Shown here in pieces: positions 26,484-37,420 of a DNA stretch of 58,743 nt. This DNA comes from Octopus bimaculoides. Lineage: Eukaryota. The stretch covers positions 17,023,777-17,082,519 of the forward strand of contig NC_068988.1 in NCBI RefSeq assembly GCF_001194135.2, given 5' to 3'. Within the stretch, counting starts at the first letter, position 1, and every line of letters starts with the position of its first letter. The notes under the pieces are model-generated. The model was not told the DNA's origin, ran no database searches, and was given only the letters and a program-made list of their open reading frames with translations. The translations under genes were made by a program, and so were the position numbers.

Positions 26484-26801
26484 AACATAATCTTCTTTTT
26501 GTTGAAAAAAAGGAATTAACAAAATATCTTACGTTAAACGAGAAAAATATATAATAAACATATCTTTGTGGTAAAATGATATTAATTCACACAAGAAAAA
26601 AGAAATTAAACAAGATGAACAGAGTTTATTATTCACTCACATAACATAATCTTCTTTTTGTTGAAAAAAAGGAATTAACAAAATATCTTACGTTAAACGA
26701 GAAAAATATATAATAAACATATCTTTCTGGTAAAATGATATTAATTCACACAAGAAAAAAGAAATTAAACAAGATGAACAGAGTTTATTATTCACTCAGA
26801 T
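26484..26801. repeat. 159-bp direct tandem duplication with 2 mismatches
   Basis: The units are 26484-26642 and 26643-26801. They differ at CTTTGTGG/CTTTCTGG and CACAT/CAGAT. Confidence 0.95.
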
Positions 26802-26813
26802 AACATTGCCAAA

Positions 26814-27012
26814 TATAATAGGCACATGACCTGAAATTTTGGGGGTGGGATCTAAACGACTACAACGACCCCAACACTTGATTGATGTTTATTTTATTGA
26901 CCTCGGAAGAATGAAAAACAGAGTTGACTTTAGTGGAATTTGAACTCAGAACGTAAAGACGGAGGAAATTATTTTGTCTACCGTCCTAATGATTCAGTCA
27001 GCTTTTCGCCTT
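26814..27012 (-). mobile_element. SINE family A copy
   Basis: The reverse complement contains AAGGCGAAAAGCTGACTGAATCATTAG...TTACGTTCTGAGTTCAAATTCCACTAAAGTCAACT...AAATTTCAGGTCATGTGCCTATTATA. Confidence 0.7.
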
Positions 27013-27103
27013 AATAATAACAACAACAGCAATAATAATGATGATAATAATGATGATAATAATAATAATAATAACAACAACAACAACAATAATAATAATA
27101 ATC

Positions 27104-27150
<47 letters not shown>
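27013..27150. repeat. Compound (AAT/AAC/GAT)n microsatellite
   Basis: Direct reading. Confidence 0.95.
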
Positions 27151-27153
<3 letters not shown>

Positions 27154-27584
27154 CAGTGGTTTTTGCAGTACCGCGATTTTTTCAGAAACCACAGTAAACT
27201 TAAACACACACGTACAATTATACATACACAATCACAGACACATATACACATACACATACACGCGCTGCACGCACATATATACACACACACGCGCAATCAT
27301 ATCATGCACGCATATACGCCCGCATAAAACATGCAGAAACACACACACACGTGCATAAACGTGCGCGCGCGCTCTCACACACGTGCGTTTACACACACAC
27401 ACACAAATGCAGCTTACTGTTCCGTTAAGTTAAGGCCAATACAAAAGAAACGTGCTCCATTAAGTGAGAGATAAATATCAATTAATGAACACAATATAAA
27501 CATACGCACTATTAATTTTCTCTTGCATTGAGGACGCAGATCTGTCCTATATATGTATAGTACGTACTTCCACAGATTTCACTA

Positions 27585-27715
27585 TTACCAAATTCATTGA
27601 TTATGCATCGGTCAACCTATGGCTTTAGTAGAAGTCGCCTGGTCAAGCTACCATATTGTTTGTCTGAAGCGTAACCAACGTAGTCCTAAAGCGAACTGCT
27701 TACCGGCACAATAAC
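27585..27715 (-). mobile_element. Decayed SINE family B head
   Basis: Scattered matches (GGCTTTAGTAGAAG..., CAAG, TGAA, AACCA, CTTACC) to the reverse complement of 57122-57240. Confidence 0.4.
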
Positions 27716-28838
27716 GCCTTCATGATTTTAATCTCACTTAATGCCGGCTTTCCACACGATTTTGTAATTAGCATACAGCATGAATGTAGTGTGATATTGA
27801 AGGCAAACGGATACGTATAAGATAGTGATGACTAGTAATGGTTCTGAAAAGGGAAAGGTAGGTAATTTTAAGAAATTTGGATAAAATTCGCTTTCATTGA
27901 GCAAGGTGTGAAAGAATGGCAAATCGAAGGTTTAAATTTCTCAGCCGAATTCATTCAGATTCATGCCATTCAATTGCCTTTCTTAGTTTCAATCCGTTAT
28001 ATGTAAATAAATTATCTCTCTCTCTTGATATATATATATATATATATATTTATTTATACATATACATATATCTATATTTATACATATACCTCGACCACGA
28101 GCTAGCATACACACGTGCTTACAATTGTCAAGTATTACCTCTAACATTTACTTTACCTACGTATATATATATATATATATATATATATATNNNNNNNNNN
28201 NNNNNNNNNNNNNNNNNNNNNNNNNNNNNNNNNNNNNNNNNNNNNNNNNNNNNNNNNNNNNNNNNNNNNNNNNNNNNNNNNNNNNNNNNNNNNNNNNNNN
28301 NNNNNNNNNNNNNNNNNNNNNNNNNNNNNNNNNNNNNNNNNNNNNNNNNNNNNNNNNNNNNNNNNNNNNNNNNNNNNNNNNNNNNNNNNNNNNNNNNNNN
28401 NNNNNNNNNNNNNNNNNNNNNNNNNNNNNNNNNNNNNNNNNNNNNNNNNNNNNNNNNNNNNNNNNNNNNNNNNNNNNNNNNNNNNNNNNNNNNNNNNNNN
28501 NNNNNNNNNNNNNNNNNNNNNNNNNNNNNNNNNNNNNNNNNNNNNNNNNNNNNNNNNNNNNNNNNNNNNNNNNNNNNNNNNNNNNNNNNNNNNNNNNNNN
28601 NNNNNNNNNNNNNNNNNNNNNNNNNNNNNNNNNNNNNNNNNNNNNNNNNNNNNNNNNNNNNNNNNNNNNNNNNNNNNNNNNNNNNNNNNNNNNNNNNNNN
28701 NNNNNNNNNNNNNNNNNNNNNNNNNNNNNNNNNNNNNNNNNNNNNNNNNNNNNNNNNNNNNNNNNNNNNNNNNNNNNNNNNNNNNNNNNNNNNNNNNNNN
28801 NNNNNNNNNNNNNNNNNNNNNNNNNNNNNNNNNNNNNN

Positions 28839-28874
<36 letters not shown>

Positions 28875-31128
28875 TTGCAAAATAAGTTTAAGACCGATGA
28901 TGGAAGTTTTATTGCTTCAATAATATATTATTTTTAACAAAAGTGTATAAAATACGTTACTTTTTACAGTTTATGTAGACTTTTTTCTCTTTCGAATGAC
29001 ATAGGGAGGGTCATCATGCCAATAATTAATACGCTATGCTTTGATTCTCTTCCACTTCTTTGAATGTTGTCAGACGACTATGTCACGACTTAATCGTTTA
29101 ACCAATCAGCTAATCGGTCGTTTGATTAATCATGCGTTCCTATCAATCAATAAGCTCGCTCTATTTCTCGATATTCTGAACTTCATCAATGATGTGTGTT
29201 TGTGTGCATGTGTGTATGTATGTGTGTGTGTGTGTGTGCGTCTGTTTGAGTAGGTATCTATATGTCTTTTAGTGTCATTGTGTGTGTGTGTATATATATG
29301 CTGATATGTGTTTGTTTTGTGTGTTTATTATCCTGTGTTTGATTCATTCACATTAGGTATTTGGAGGCGAGTCATAGGTCTATAACTGTGTTACAATTCT
29401 GCACTGAAGTGCAACTGTTATTAATTTGAAATCCAGGCGAAAGCGCAGATCAATTCTAGACTGCACGCTCTGTCCATTTTGCTGGCACTGAAAACAACTG
29501 ACTTGGCTACCGGCTTTTATTTGCTGCCAAAATTGATCATCTGTGAAACCTAGCCTGGATTTTAAAATAATAGCGGACGCATACACCATAACGTAACAGC
29601 TTCTAATGCCTCTCTTGTTATCTTACAATTTGACTTTTTAAAAATATCTACCACCGCCTGACTTCTGTTTCTTGTATTCATAATTCAGATGTCGAACGTT
29701 AATTTCCTCCAGAAAACTCTTCGTTATTATATTTAGTTTTCAACATTTGTTGTCATGTATGCATACTATTCCTTCACAGATCCAATTAAAATTTGGAAAT
29801 ATATCGCATAACACTCATGATAGTTATGAACATTATCGTCTGATTCATCTTTATGTCCTTATTCATCGACATCATTATCTACAATTAGTTACAGTTACGT
29901 TTTGAAATATTTTTAAAGATACCGAATATGTAAATAAATAATGATAAATAAATATATAAAAGCTATTGATTTCACATTATGTCAATTATAATTTGATGCA
30001 TTGTTTCTAATTATGTTTTCCTCTGTTCTTGTGAGGGTAATTCACAAAGGAGTCCAACTCAATGTTTACATCTATGATGAGAAGAATATCAATTAAGCGT
30101 CGATGGTATTTTCTTTGAAAGATATGTTTGGAAAAATTAAAGGATATATTTATATGTTCACATACACATATGCACATATAACGTCCATGCACACACGTAC
30201 ATATATACATATGATATCTAATACTTTTCGAAACATATTAAGAGAAAAGGAGAATATGCAGCGAAGGAATATGTGTGTGTATGTGGGTGTGTAAATATGA
30301 CAGAATTTCTTTCTGATGTTCTCTGTGACATGTACTTTTTAGTCATGTTTTGTCTTAGATAAGATGTCTCTGAAATGACTTATGGCCAAAGCACACTCAT
30401 CTCCTCTTACTTTTGGACAGTAAACAGCCAGAAACACATGGCTTGTAACGGTCTTTTTTCATTACGGTAGTAATGCACTATATCAGAAAGTGTGTGTTGA
30501 GTGCTACTATAGACACTCTTGTATAGTGTTGAAGCTATGTGAGAGAATGTGTTCAGTGCACATGATATGCATTCACAAATACTTTTGGTTGGCTTAAATT
30601 TGATCATCCAATAGTTATGATTGCGTTGTTCTTTTGAAAATACTTTTTCAAGTAACGTTAATGGTTCGCAACATGTTGCATCTGAAAGATCGATTATTTC
30701 GCAATTAATAATTGTCCAGATATCTGTGACATACAGTACGTCTGTCTAGGTGTTCCTGCTGTACTTAGAGGCATGTGTCATTAAACACCTGTTTAATCTT
30801 TGAATTATATCCTTCGGCTCTATACTGTAGATATTCATAGTGTGAAAACTATCAGGCTATCCTCTAAGGGTGTTAGTGTGGTTTGCGGATTTCTTTGTTG
30901 GTAAAATCTTAGCCACTAGTGTTCTTAAATACAAAGTTCTTTGGTGTCTCCTACAAAGTTAAAAGATTTTCTCGGCTTATTGGTTGCATGTTGAAATACT
31001 CCCATTGCATATCGATTTAAAATGTCTTAATTTACCTTTATTGGAATATTTACTCGGAGATTTACTTCATTCACATAGTTTCATACATAGTGATTAAATA
31101 TATTTCAAATTTTCTTATCTACATTGTT

Positions 31129-31494
31129 GGAGGCGCAATGGACTCGCAGTCATAGGATCGCGGTTTCGATTCCCAGACCGGGCGTTGTGAGTGTTTATTG
31201 AGCAAAAATACCTAAATCTCCACGAGGCTCCGGTAGGGGATGGTGGCGAACCCTGCTGTACTCTTTCACCACAACTGTCTCTCACTCTTACTTCCTGTTT
31301 CTGTTATGCCTGTAATTCAAAGGATCAGCCTTGTCACACTGTGTCACGCTGAATATCCCCGAGAACTACGTTAAGGGTACACGTGTCTGTGGAGTGCTCA
31401 GCCACTTGCACGTTAATTTCACGAGTAGGCTGTTCCGTTGATCGGATCAACTGGAGCCCTCGACGTCGTAAGCGACGGAATGCCAACAACAACA
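31129..31494 (+). mobile_element. tRNA-derived SINE family C with (CAA)n tail and 12-bp target site duplication
   Basis: TSD ATCTACATTGTT at 31117-31128 and 31495-31506, B-box-like GGTTTCGATTCC, CAACAACAACA tail. The 3' part is shared with 45960-46056. Confidence 0.9.
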
Positions 31495-33569
31495 ATCTAC
31501 ATTGTTACTACAAATAGAAACAGTACTGCCTTGTGATCACACTTGAAAGATTTACAAAAGGACACGTTAGGATTGTAAGCATATAGATATACAAATACTG
31601 ATGGAAAGAATAATTATGTTTGGAACGCTATTGATTCTGGGCCTGCTCAATTAGGGCTCGCTTGCAGCGAAAAACAATAACAGTGACTCAGCTCTTTATG
31701 ACTAATTATCAGATTTCACCTAAAAACACCAATGGAAGAAAGAAAATATTTGATTTTGCAAAGATCAAAGGAAATTTATAATCAAAGTTCCTGTAATACT
31801 GTGGTCTTAAACTGTACAAATTAACCATTGTGCCATGCATCAATGCAAATGACAACAAAGTCGATGCGTTAGCTTGCTTCTAAGGAATATCTCCATTTGT
31901 TAGAAATATCGGTTAATATTTCTCAGTACATAATATGCTGCCCTAGAACACGGGAAGAATACGTGATGGTGAAAAAAACATAAGGCGTGTTGAACATGAA
32001 CCTACTTACTTAGACCTGGCTTGTAATTAAAAACAGAGAACCACCGACAGTCAGAAAATGTTAGAATATTGTTATTGTTTATATCCGAGTGGGCGTTGGT
32101 TTTTTGTTGTTCTTTTTTCAAATTGTAAGTAAAATTTTAGAAAAAGCTATGATACCCGCTTCAGTGGAATGTATGTTTATCAAAATATGAATCCCATAGA
32201 GATTAATTAAATTAGTATTGAATATTTATCTAGATCCTTTGATGGTGAAAGTGTATAATTTTAGCAGTATTCATAAAAGACGTTGAAATATTTCGTTTGC
32301 TTTTTGCGTCAGCTAATTATCATATATTTATACACATTTAACAATGTCTCTATGACTATATGTTTATAAATGGAATATATACGTATATGTGTGTACGAGT
32401 TTTCAAAGAAATTTTCATATGTATAAGCGTGCGTATATGGATATATATATGCGTGTGTGTGTGTGGTGTGTGTGTGTCAGTGTGTATGTGTCAGTGTGTG
32501 CTTTGTGGGGGTGTACATATATATATATATAATTGTTAAATAGGACGTCAAACATTAAGGCAAGGAAAACATCTCAAGTCATATACAATATTATTATAGC
32601 ACGACATTCAAAATCTTATAGCTGTTTCTGGAATATGCCCGAGTATGAAATATTCCACCATCAAAGACAGATAGGGCGGAAAATATGCAAAATGAGAATG
32701 GTATATATTAAGTTGACAACATAAATGAAGGGAGTAAAAGAATAAGGAGATGGAAAGAAAGAAGAAAAAAAGAAGCAGAAAAGTCCATAGTGCAACTTTT
32801 CGAAGCTATAGAAACCAGAACATGAGTCCTTATGTGCAATCCTGCATATATCTATGTGGGTATTCTGATATAGTAGACATCTCAAGAAAAAGACGCGAAC
32901 ATATCAACGTTCAATAATAGAATGGTAGTGAAGGCGGTATTAATTGGTAAAAGTAAAGAAAATGAATAGAAAGAAAGGCAGATAGTGAAGTAGGGGTATT
33001 TTAAGAATTGGCTATAGCATATAGTCAGATGCATATGTATATTGTGTCCAAGAATTGTGAACGGAGTAGCCGAGAAGATGAGAGAGAGGATGAGGAAGTA
33101 GAGGAAGATAGGGTTAAACAAATAGAACGAAATGAAAAAGAATTTAAAGAGAGTAATAGATGTATGGTAGTCTCAAACTTTAAAGCTGTTGGGGAGGAAA
33201 TTTGGTCGTAATTGCTTGTCTGTCGTGGCTAAAGTCAGTGTCTAAAGAGTTATTCATAGCAATGAAGTCGTGGGTGCGTAGGTAGTCGAGAAAGGAAGAG
33301 CTAGTTGAATGTTAAATTATTTATGAGTGGGAGTTAGTTAGGGGTTTCTAGTAGGGGATTTATTGGGTTGAGGTTTAAAATAAGTTAAGGATAAATTAAA
33401 GAATCAATATTTATCTCAGTGTGCTAAGGTACGATAGATAGATATGACGTGAAAAGGTAGACAGAAGAGTTATAAAGATATTGAAGGGGTTATGTATTAA
33501 TAATCATAGGGGTTTGTATGTGGGTGTTATTCGTGGGGATAGTGAGCTTACATTTACATTTATGAAAGA

Positions 33570-34104
33570 ATTTAAAAGTACGAAAGATTTTGTGCTTATA
33601 CGTAGTGAATGCCTCGTTGTATTTATTAAACACTTGTGGTGAGTTGTGGGTTAGAATTTTGAGAGCTTCTTTTAAGCAAAGCCCACAACTGGAGTGTTGG
33701 ACCTGATATGCGGTGTCCGAGAAAGTTTATACTGTATTTTCCTGTTAATTAGATGGCTGGCTATTGATGTGGAATTGGTATTCTCCTTATATTTAAACGA
33801 GTTTAAATGTGCATAATTCCTTCGTTTAAAAATTGGTGCTAGAACCAATGTAGTAGCTACAAGAGTTATTTACCATGTTGTCAACAGTGCATTCGTATAC
33901 GACGTTGAATATTCTGCATTGGGCTTGCGGCAGGCAGTCTATCCCGGATCTGCAGTTGCAGTTATTGGTTTTACAGTGGTTAATTGGAGAGAGAGGTGGG
34001 GCAGTGCTAGTAATGGATAGGGTGGTATTTAGTGAATCGATCGTGATATTGCTGTTATTATTGCTGTCGTTTTCTAGTATCGATATCAACGCGAGCGTTA
34101 CCAC

Positions 34105-34170
<66 letters not shown>

Positions 34171-34200
34171 CGGCATTGCTAAAAATCGTACTATTATTAA
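33570..34200 (-). mobile_element. Penelope-like element: low-complexity linker and GIY-YIG endonuclease (decayed)
   Basis: NNCNCRSGIDCLPQAQCRIFNVVYECTVDNMVNNSCSYYIGSSTN / FKRRNYAHLNSFKYKENTNSTSIASHLINRKIQY / CGLCLKEALKILTHNSPQVFNKYNEAFTTYKHK. VVY-YIG is the GIY-YIG hairpin, followed by the conserved R and E. Confidence 0.85.
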
Positions 34201-34340
34201 CACTCCCAACACCAACGCAACTATTTATAGCCGCAATAATAACTTCACCAATACCACCGCTAATACTAACACTGCTCTAATGATATTACTACTGCCTCTG
34301 CTGCTGCTGCAACTACTGCCGCTGCCACCACCACCACCAA

Positions 34341-34422
<82 letters not shown>

Positions 34423-34470
34423 TGTAATGATAATAATAACTACAACAGCGACGCCGATAATGATATTGAC

Positions 34471-34533
<63 letters not shown>
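34105..34533. repeat. Compound (ATT)n / (ACC,ACT)n / (AAT)n tract between the two PLE arms
   Basis: Direct reading. It produces the 247-aa poly-I/L ORF. Confidence 0.95.
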
Positions 34534-34534
<1 letters not shown>

Positions 34535-34920
34535 GTAACGATCGCGTTGATATCGATACTAGAAACGACAGCAATTATAGCAGCAATATTACGATCGATT
34601 CACCTAATACTACTCTAGACACTAGCAGAACTATTTCATCTCACACTCCAATTAACCACTATAGAACCGATAACTGCATCTGCAGAACCGGGACAGATTT
34701 CCCGCTGCAAGTCCAGTGCAGAAGATTCAACGTCGTATACCGATGCACTATTGAGAACATGGTAAATAACTCCTGTAGCTACTACATTGGTTCTAGCATC
34801 ATTTTAAACAAAGGTATCACGCACATTTAAACTCGTTTAAATATAAGTAGAATAGCAATTCCACATCCGTAGCCAGCCTCGTACACCATCTAATTAGTAG
34901 AAAAATACAGTATAAACTTT
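34420..34920 (+). mobile_element. Second, inverted copy of the same PLE linker and GIY-YIG region
   Basis: In frame: N20-GNDRVDIDTRNDSNYSSNITIDSP...DNCICRTGTDFPLQVQCRRFNVVYRCTIENMVNNSCSYYIGSS, then after a frameshift FKQRYHAHLNSFKYK*NSNSTSVASLVHHLISRKIQYKL. Reverse-complement similarity to 33722-34105. Confidence 0.85.
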
Positions 34921-35380
34921 ACCCTAACGAGTTTTCTGGTGGAGGCTTCATTTGCCTTCATTGTCTGATTGTTGCTTCAGTAGAAACCTACGGATGCACA
35001 AACGCACAAAACGGAGTAAATGAAACAAATATGGACGACTTGTTCCTAAACACCCCCGAGTGAGGAACAGTTCTCAAAAATAACCGCCGATTGTTTTCTC
35101 CAAAAATTCCTGTGTCCTCCGAATCTGCATTGTCCAAGGTGTATTTTAGAGGATTTTATAAAAAAATATCCATTTTCTTGAAATTTAAGACAAATTGAAA
35201 CGGACTCCAGTGAATTTTCCAGAATTCGCCACCCTATCCTATCCTAAAACACTTTCCCCAAACATTTTGTATATTCGGAATTTACAAGATATGGCACATA
35301 TTCGTGGAAAATTTCATTCAAAAATATCCATTTCTCTGAAAGTCATGATTATCTAAATTCGGTGGAGTAGAAATATGTAG

Positions 35381-35545
35381 TTATGCCGAATTTCGCCCGT
35401 CGTTACGATCTGAGATCAAATTCTGTCAATTCTGTTCAACCTTTTGAAATCGATAAAATAAACACCAGTTGAGCATTGGGATCGATATCGTCGACTAGCC
35501 TCGTCTTTGGAAATTCCAGGCTATGTGCCTATATTAGAAAGAATT
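35381..35545 (+). mobile_element. Decayed SINE family A copy
   Basis: TTTCGCCCGTCGTTACGATCTGAGATCAAATTC...CCTTTTGAAATCGATAAAATAAACACCAGTTGAGCATTGGGATCGAT...GAAATTCCAGGCTATGTGCCTATATTAGAAAG. Confidence 0.55.
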
Positions 35546-36262
35546 GCTTGATCTTTATAATTATTCCTGTTTTGTTTTTGTTCGAGGTATTATTTTTGTT
35601 GTTATAGTTGCTTTTTGTTTTTATTTTTATTTTGGTGTTTGTTTTTAGCATTAATATATCTGTTTTTGACAACATTCGTACGCAGACTTAACTTTTCACT
35701 GTTCTTTCATATTTAATCACAAGTTTTAGAAAAATCTCTTTTGCATTTCCTTATTTCTTCCATTGATTATATTACCCTCTCCTCGCTGTATATATTTTTC
35801 TCTATTCTGTTTATATCCCAAATCCTCTTTCTGATTAGTTAATATCGTCCATTGTTCTAGTCTGACGTTACTGTGGAAATAGCTACCGGTGTAATTGTTG
35901 TTGTATTCCTTTTGTCATAGTTGATGATGATGATTTTAACAACCGTTATCATGATTATGTTCATTTCTATTAAAACTATATTTTCTTGCCATCTCCTCTC
36001 TAAGTAGCTTTGTTAATTTCATATTTTGTAGTGACTAATATTTCTCAATTAATTCAATTATATTTAGGAAATTTCTCCTGTACAGTATAAGCTAAAGGCA
36101 GAGAACAGTTGTGTTTTGCGATTGATTAAACCTGCCATATAAATTTATCTTTCATATAATAGCCAACAACAATAATAAAAAAGACAATTTCAAATATTGC
36201 TCGAATGCTTCAGGAAACAAGTTACCTGCTTCAAAATATTAAGTATCATAATTTATATATAT

Positions 36263-36463
36263 GTTAGAATCGTTACCACGCCTGGTAAAATGCTTAGTAA
36301 CATTTCGTCTGTCGTTATGTTCTGGGTTCAAATTCCACCGACGTCGACTTTGCCTTCTATCCTTTCGGGCAATGAAATAAGTACCAGTTGCTACCTGGAT
36401 TCGATGCGGTCGATTTTCCCTCATCCTGAAATTGATGCTGGCCCTGTTCCAAATTTGAAACCG
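36263..36463 (+). mobile_element. SINE family A copy
   Basis: CGTTACCACGCCTGGTAAAATGCTTAG...GGGTTCAAATTCCACCGACGTCGACTTTGCCTTCTATCCTTTCGGG matches 52291-52521. Confidence 0.8.
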
Positions 36464-36584
36464 AATTGTATGTCTATGTTTTAGTTTTTGAGTATTCGTA
36501 AATTAATATTGTTAAATGTTCATGCTGTCAGTTAATCTCTAATTCTGTTACTAAACTAGCCCATTGGATTCCCACCATTTTCGA

Positions 36585-37340
36585 GCATTTATCAGACTTT
36601 ATTTATTGACCCAATGCGTTACAGAACCTACATGGCTATAACTTACACCGACTAGATTTCGGTCAGCAATCACCACTCCACTCTTACCACCTCCATGCAC
36701 TACAAACACACTCATACTTCAAATTCTCCTCCTCTGACTCTAAACAGACCAAGCTCACCCTCCCTTATTCCCAATTGCTCCATCTGCGCAGGCCCTGCAG
36801 TGACAACCATGACTTTGAGACTCAGTCTCAACTCATGCCTCACCACTTCATCCTACGCGGATATCCCCTCATCACTATACACACCGCCCTTGCCAGAGCA
36901 CTTCCGTGGACCGAGTATCTGCTCTCTCCCCCACAACCGCCCCGCCCCGCCTTCACCCGTCTTCCGTTTCCCCTCACCTACCACCCCTCCACACTACCTC
37001 TCCAGCACTACCATCTTCACAGGCACCCATCATCGACCATATATCTTTCCCCTGCACTTCTAGCAACGTCATCTACTGCATCTCCTTCTCTCTCTGTCCT
37101 CTGTACATCGGTCAAACGAGACACCGCTTCGCTGACCGATTCGCGGAACACCTCCGAGACATCAGACTCGGCAACACCCCAGTTTCGCTCCATTTCCGCT
37201 CTACCGGTCATTCTTTACAACACCTGTCTGTGTTCGGATTGTCTTTGCACAGGAGCCATCCGGACTCCTGTCTTCGCTGTGAAGAGGAATTAATATTTTC
37301 TCTTCGATCCTTTGCGCCACATGGGCTCTACTCTAGATAG
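36585..37340 (+). mobile_element. Penelope-like element fragment: RT C-terminus/thumb and GIY-YIG endonuclease (Neptune-like)
   Basis: ISVS...LTTSMHYKHT, KLTLPYSQLLHLRRPCSDNHDF...FILRGYP...ALARAL...RLPFPLTYHP, and SFPCTSSNVIYCISFSLCPLYIGQTRHRFADRFAEHLRDI...PVSLHF...HS...EEELIFSLRSFAPHGL. Frameshifted, and ends in (GATA)n. Confidence 0.9.
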
Positions 37341-37360
37341 ATTGGATAGATGCATTAAAT

Positions 37361-37419
<59 letters not shown>

Positions 37420-37420
37420 G
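37337..37420. repeat. (GATA)n microsatellite
   Basis: Direct reading. Confidence 0.9.

Noticed and set aside
32840-32900. Possible decayed hammerhead downstream of the minus-strand PLE
   Set aside because: It needs several assumed mutations in both core motifs.
33875-34618. 247-aa plus-strand ORF rich in I/L/P runs
   Set aside because: It is an off-frame reading of trinucleotide repeats. The meaningful frames are the PLE endonuclease arms.
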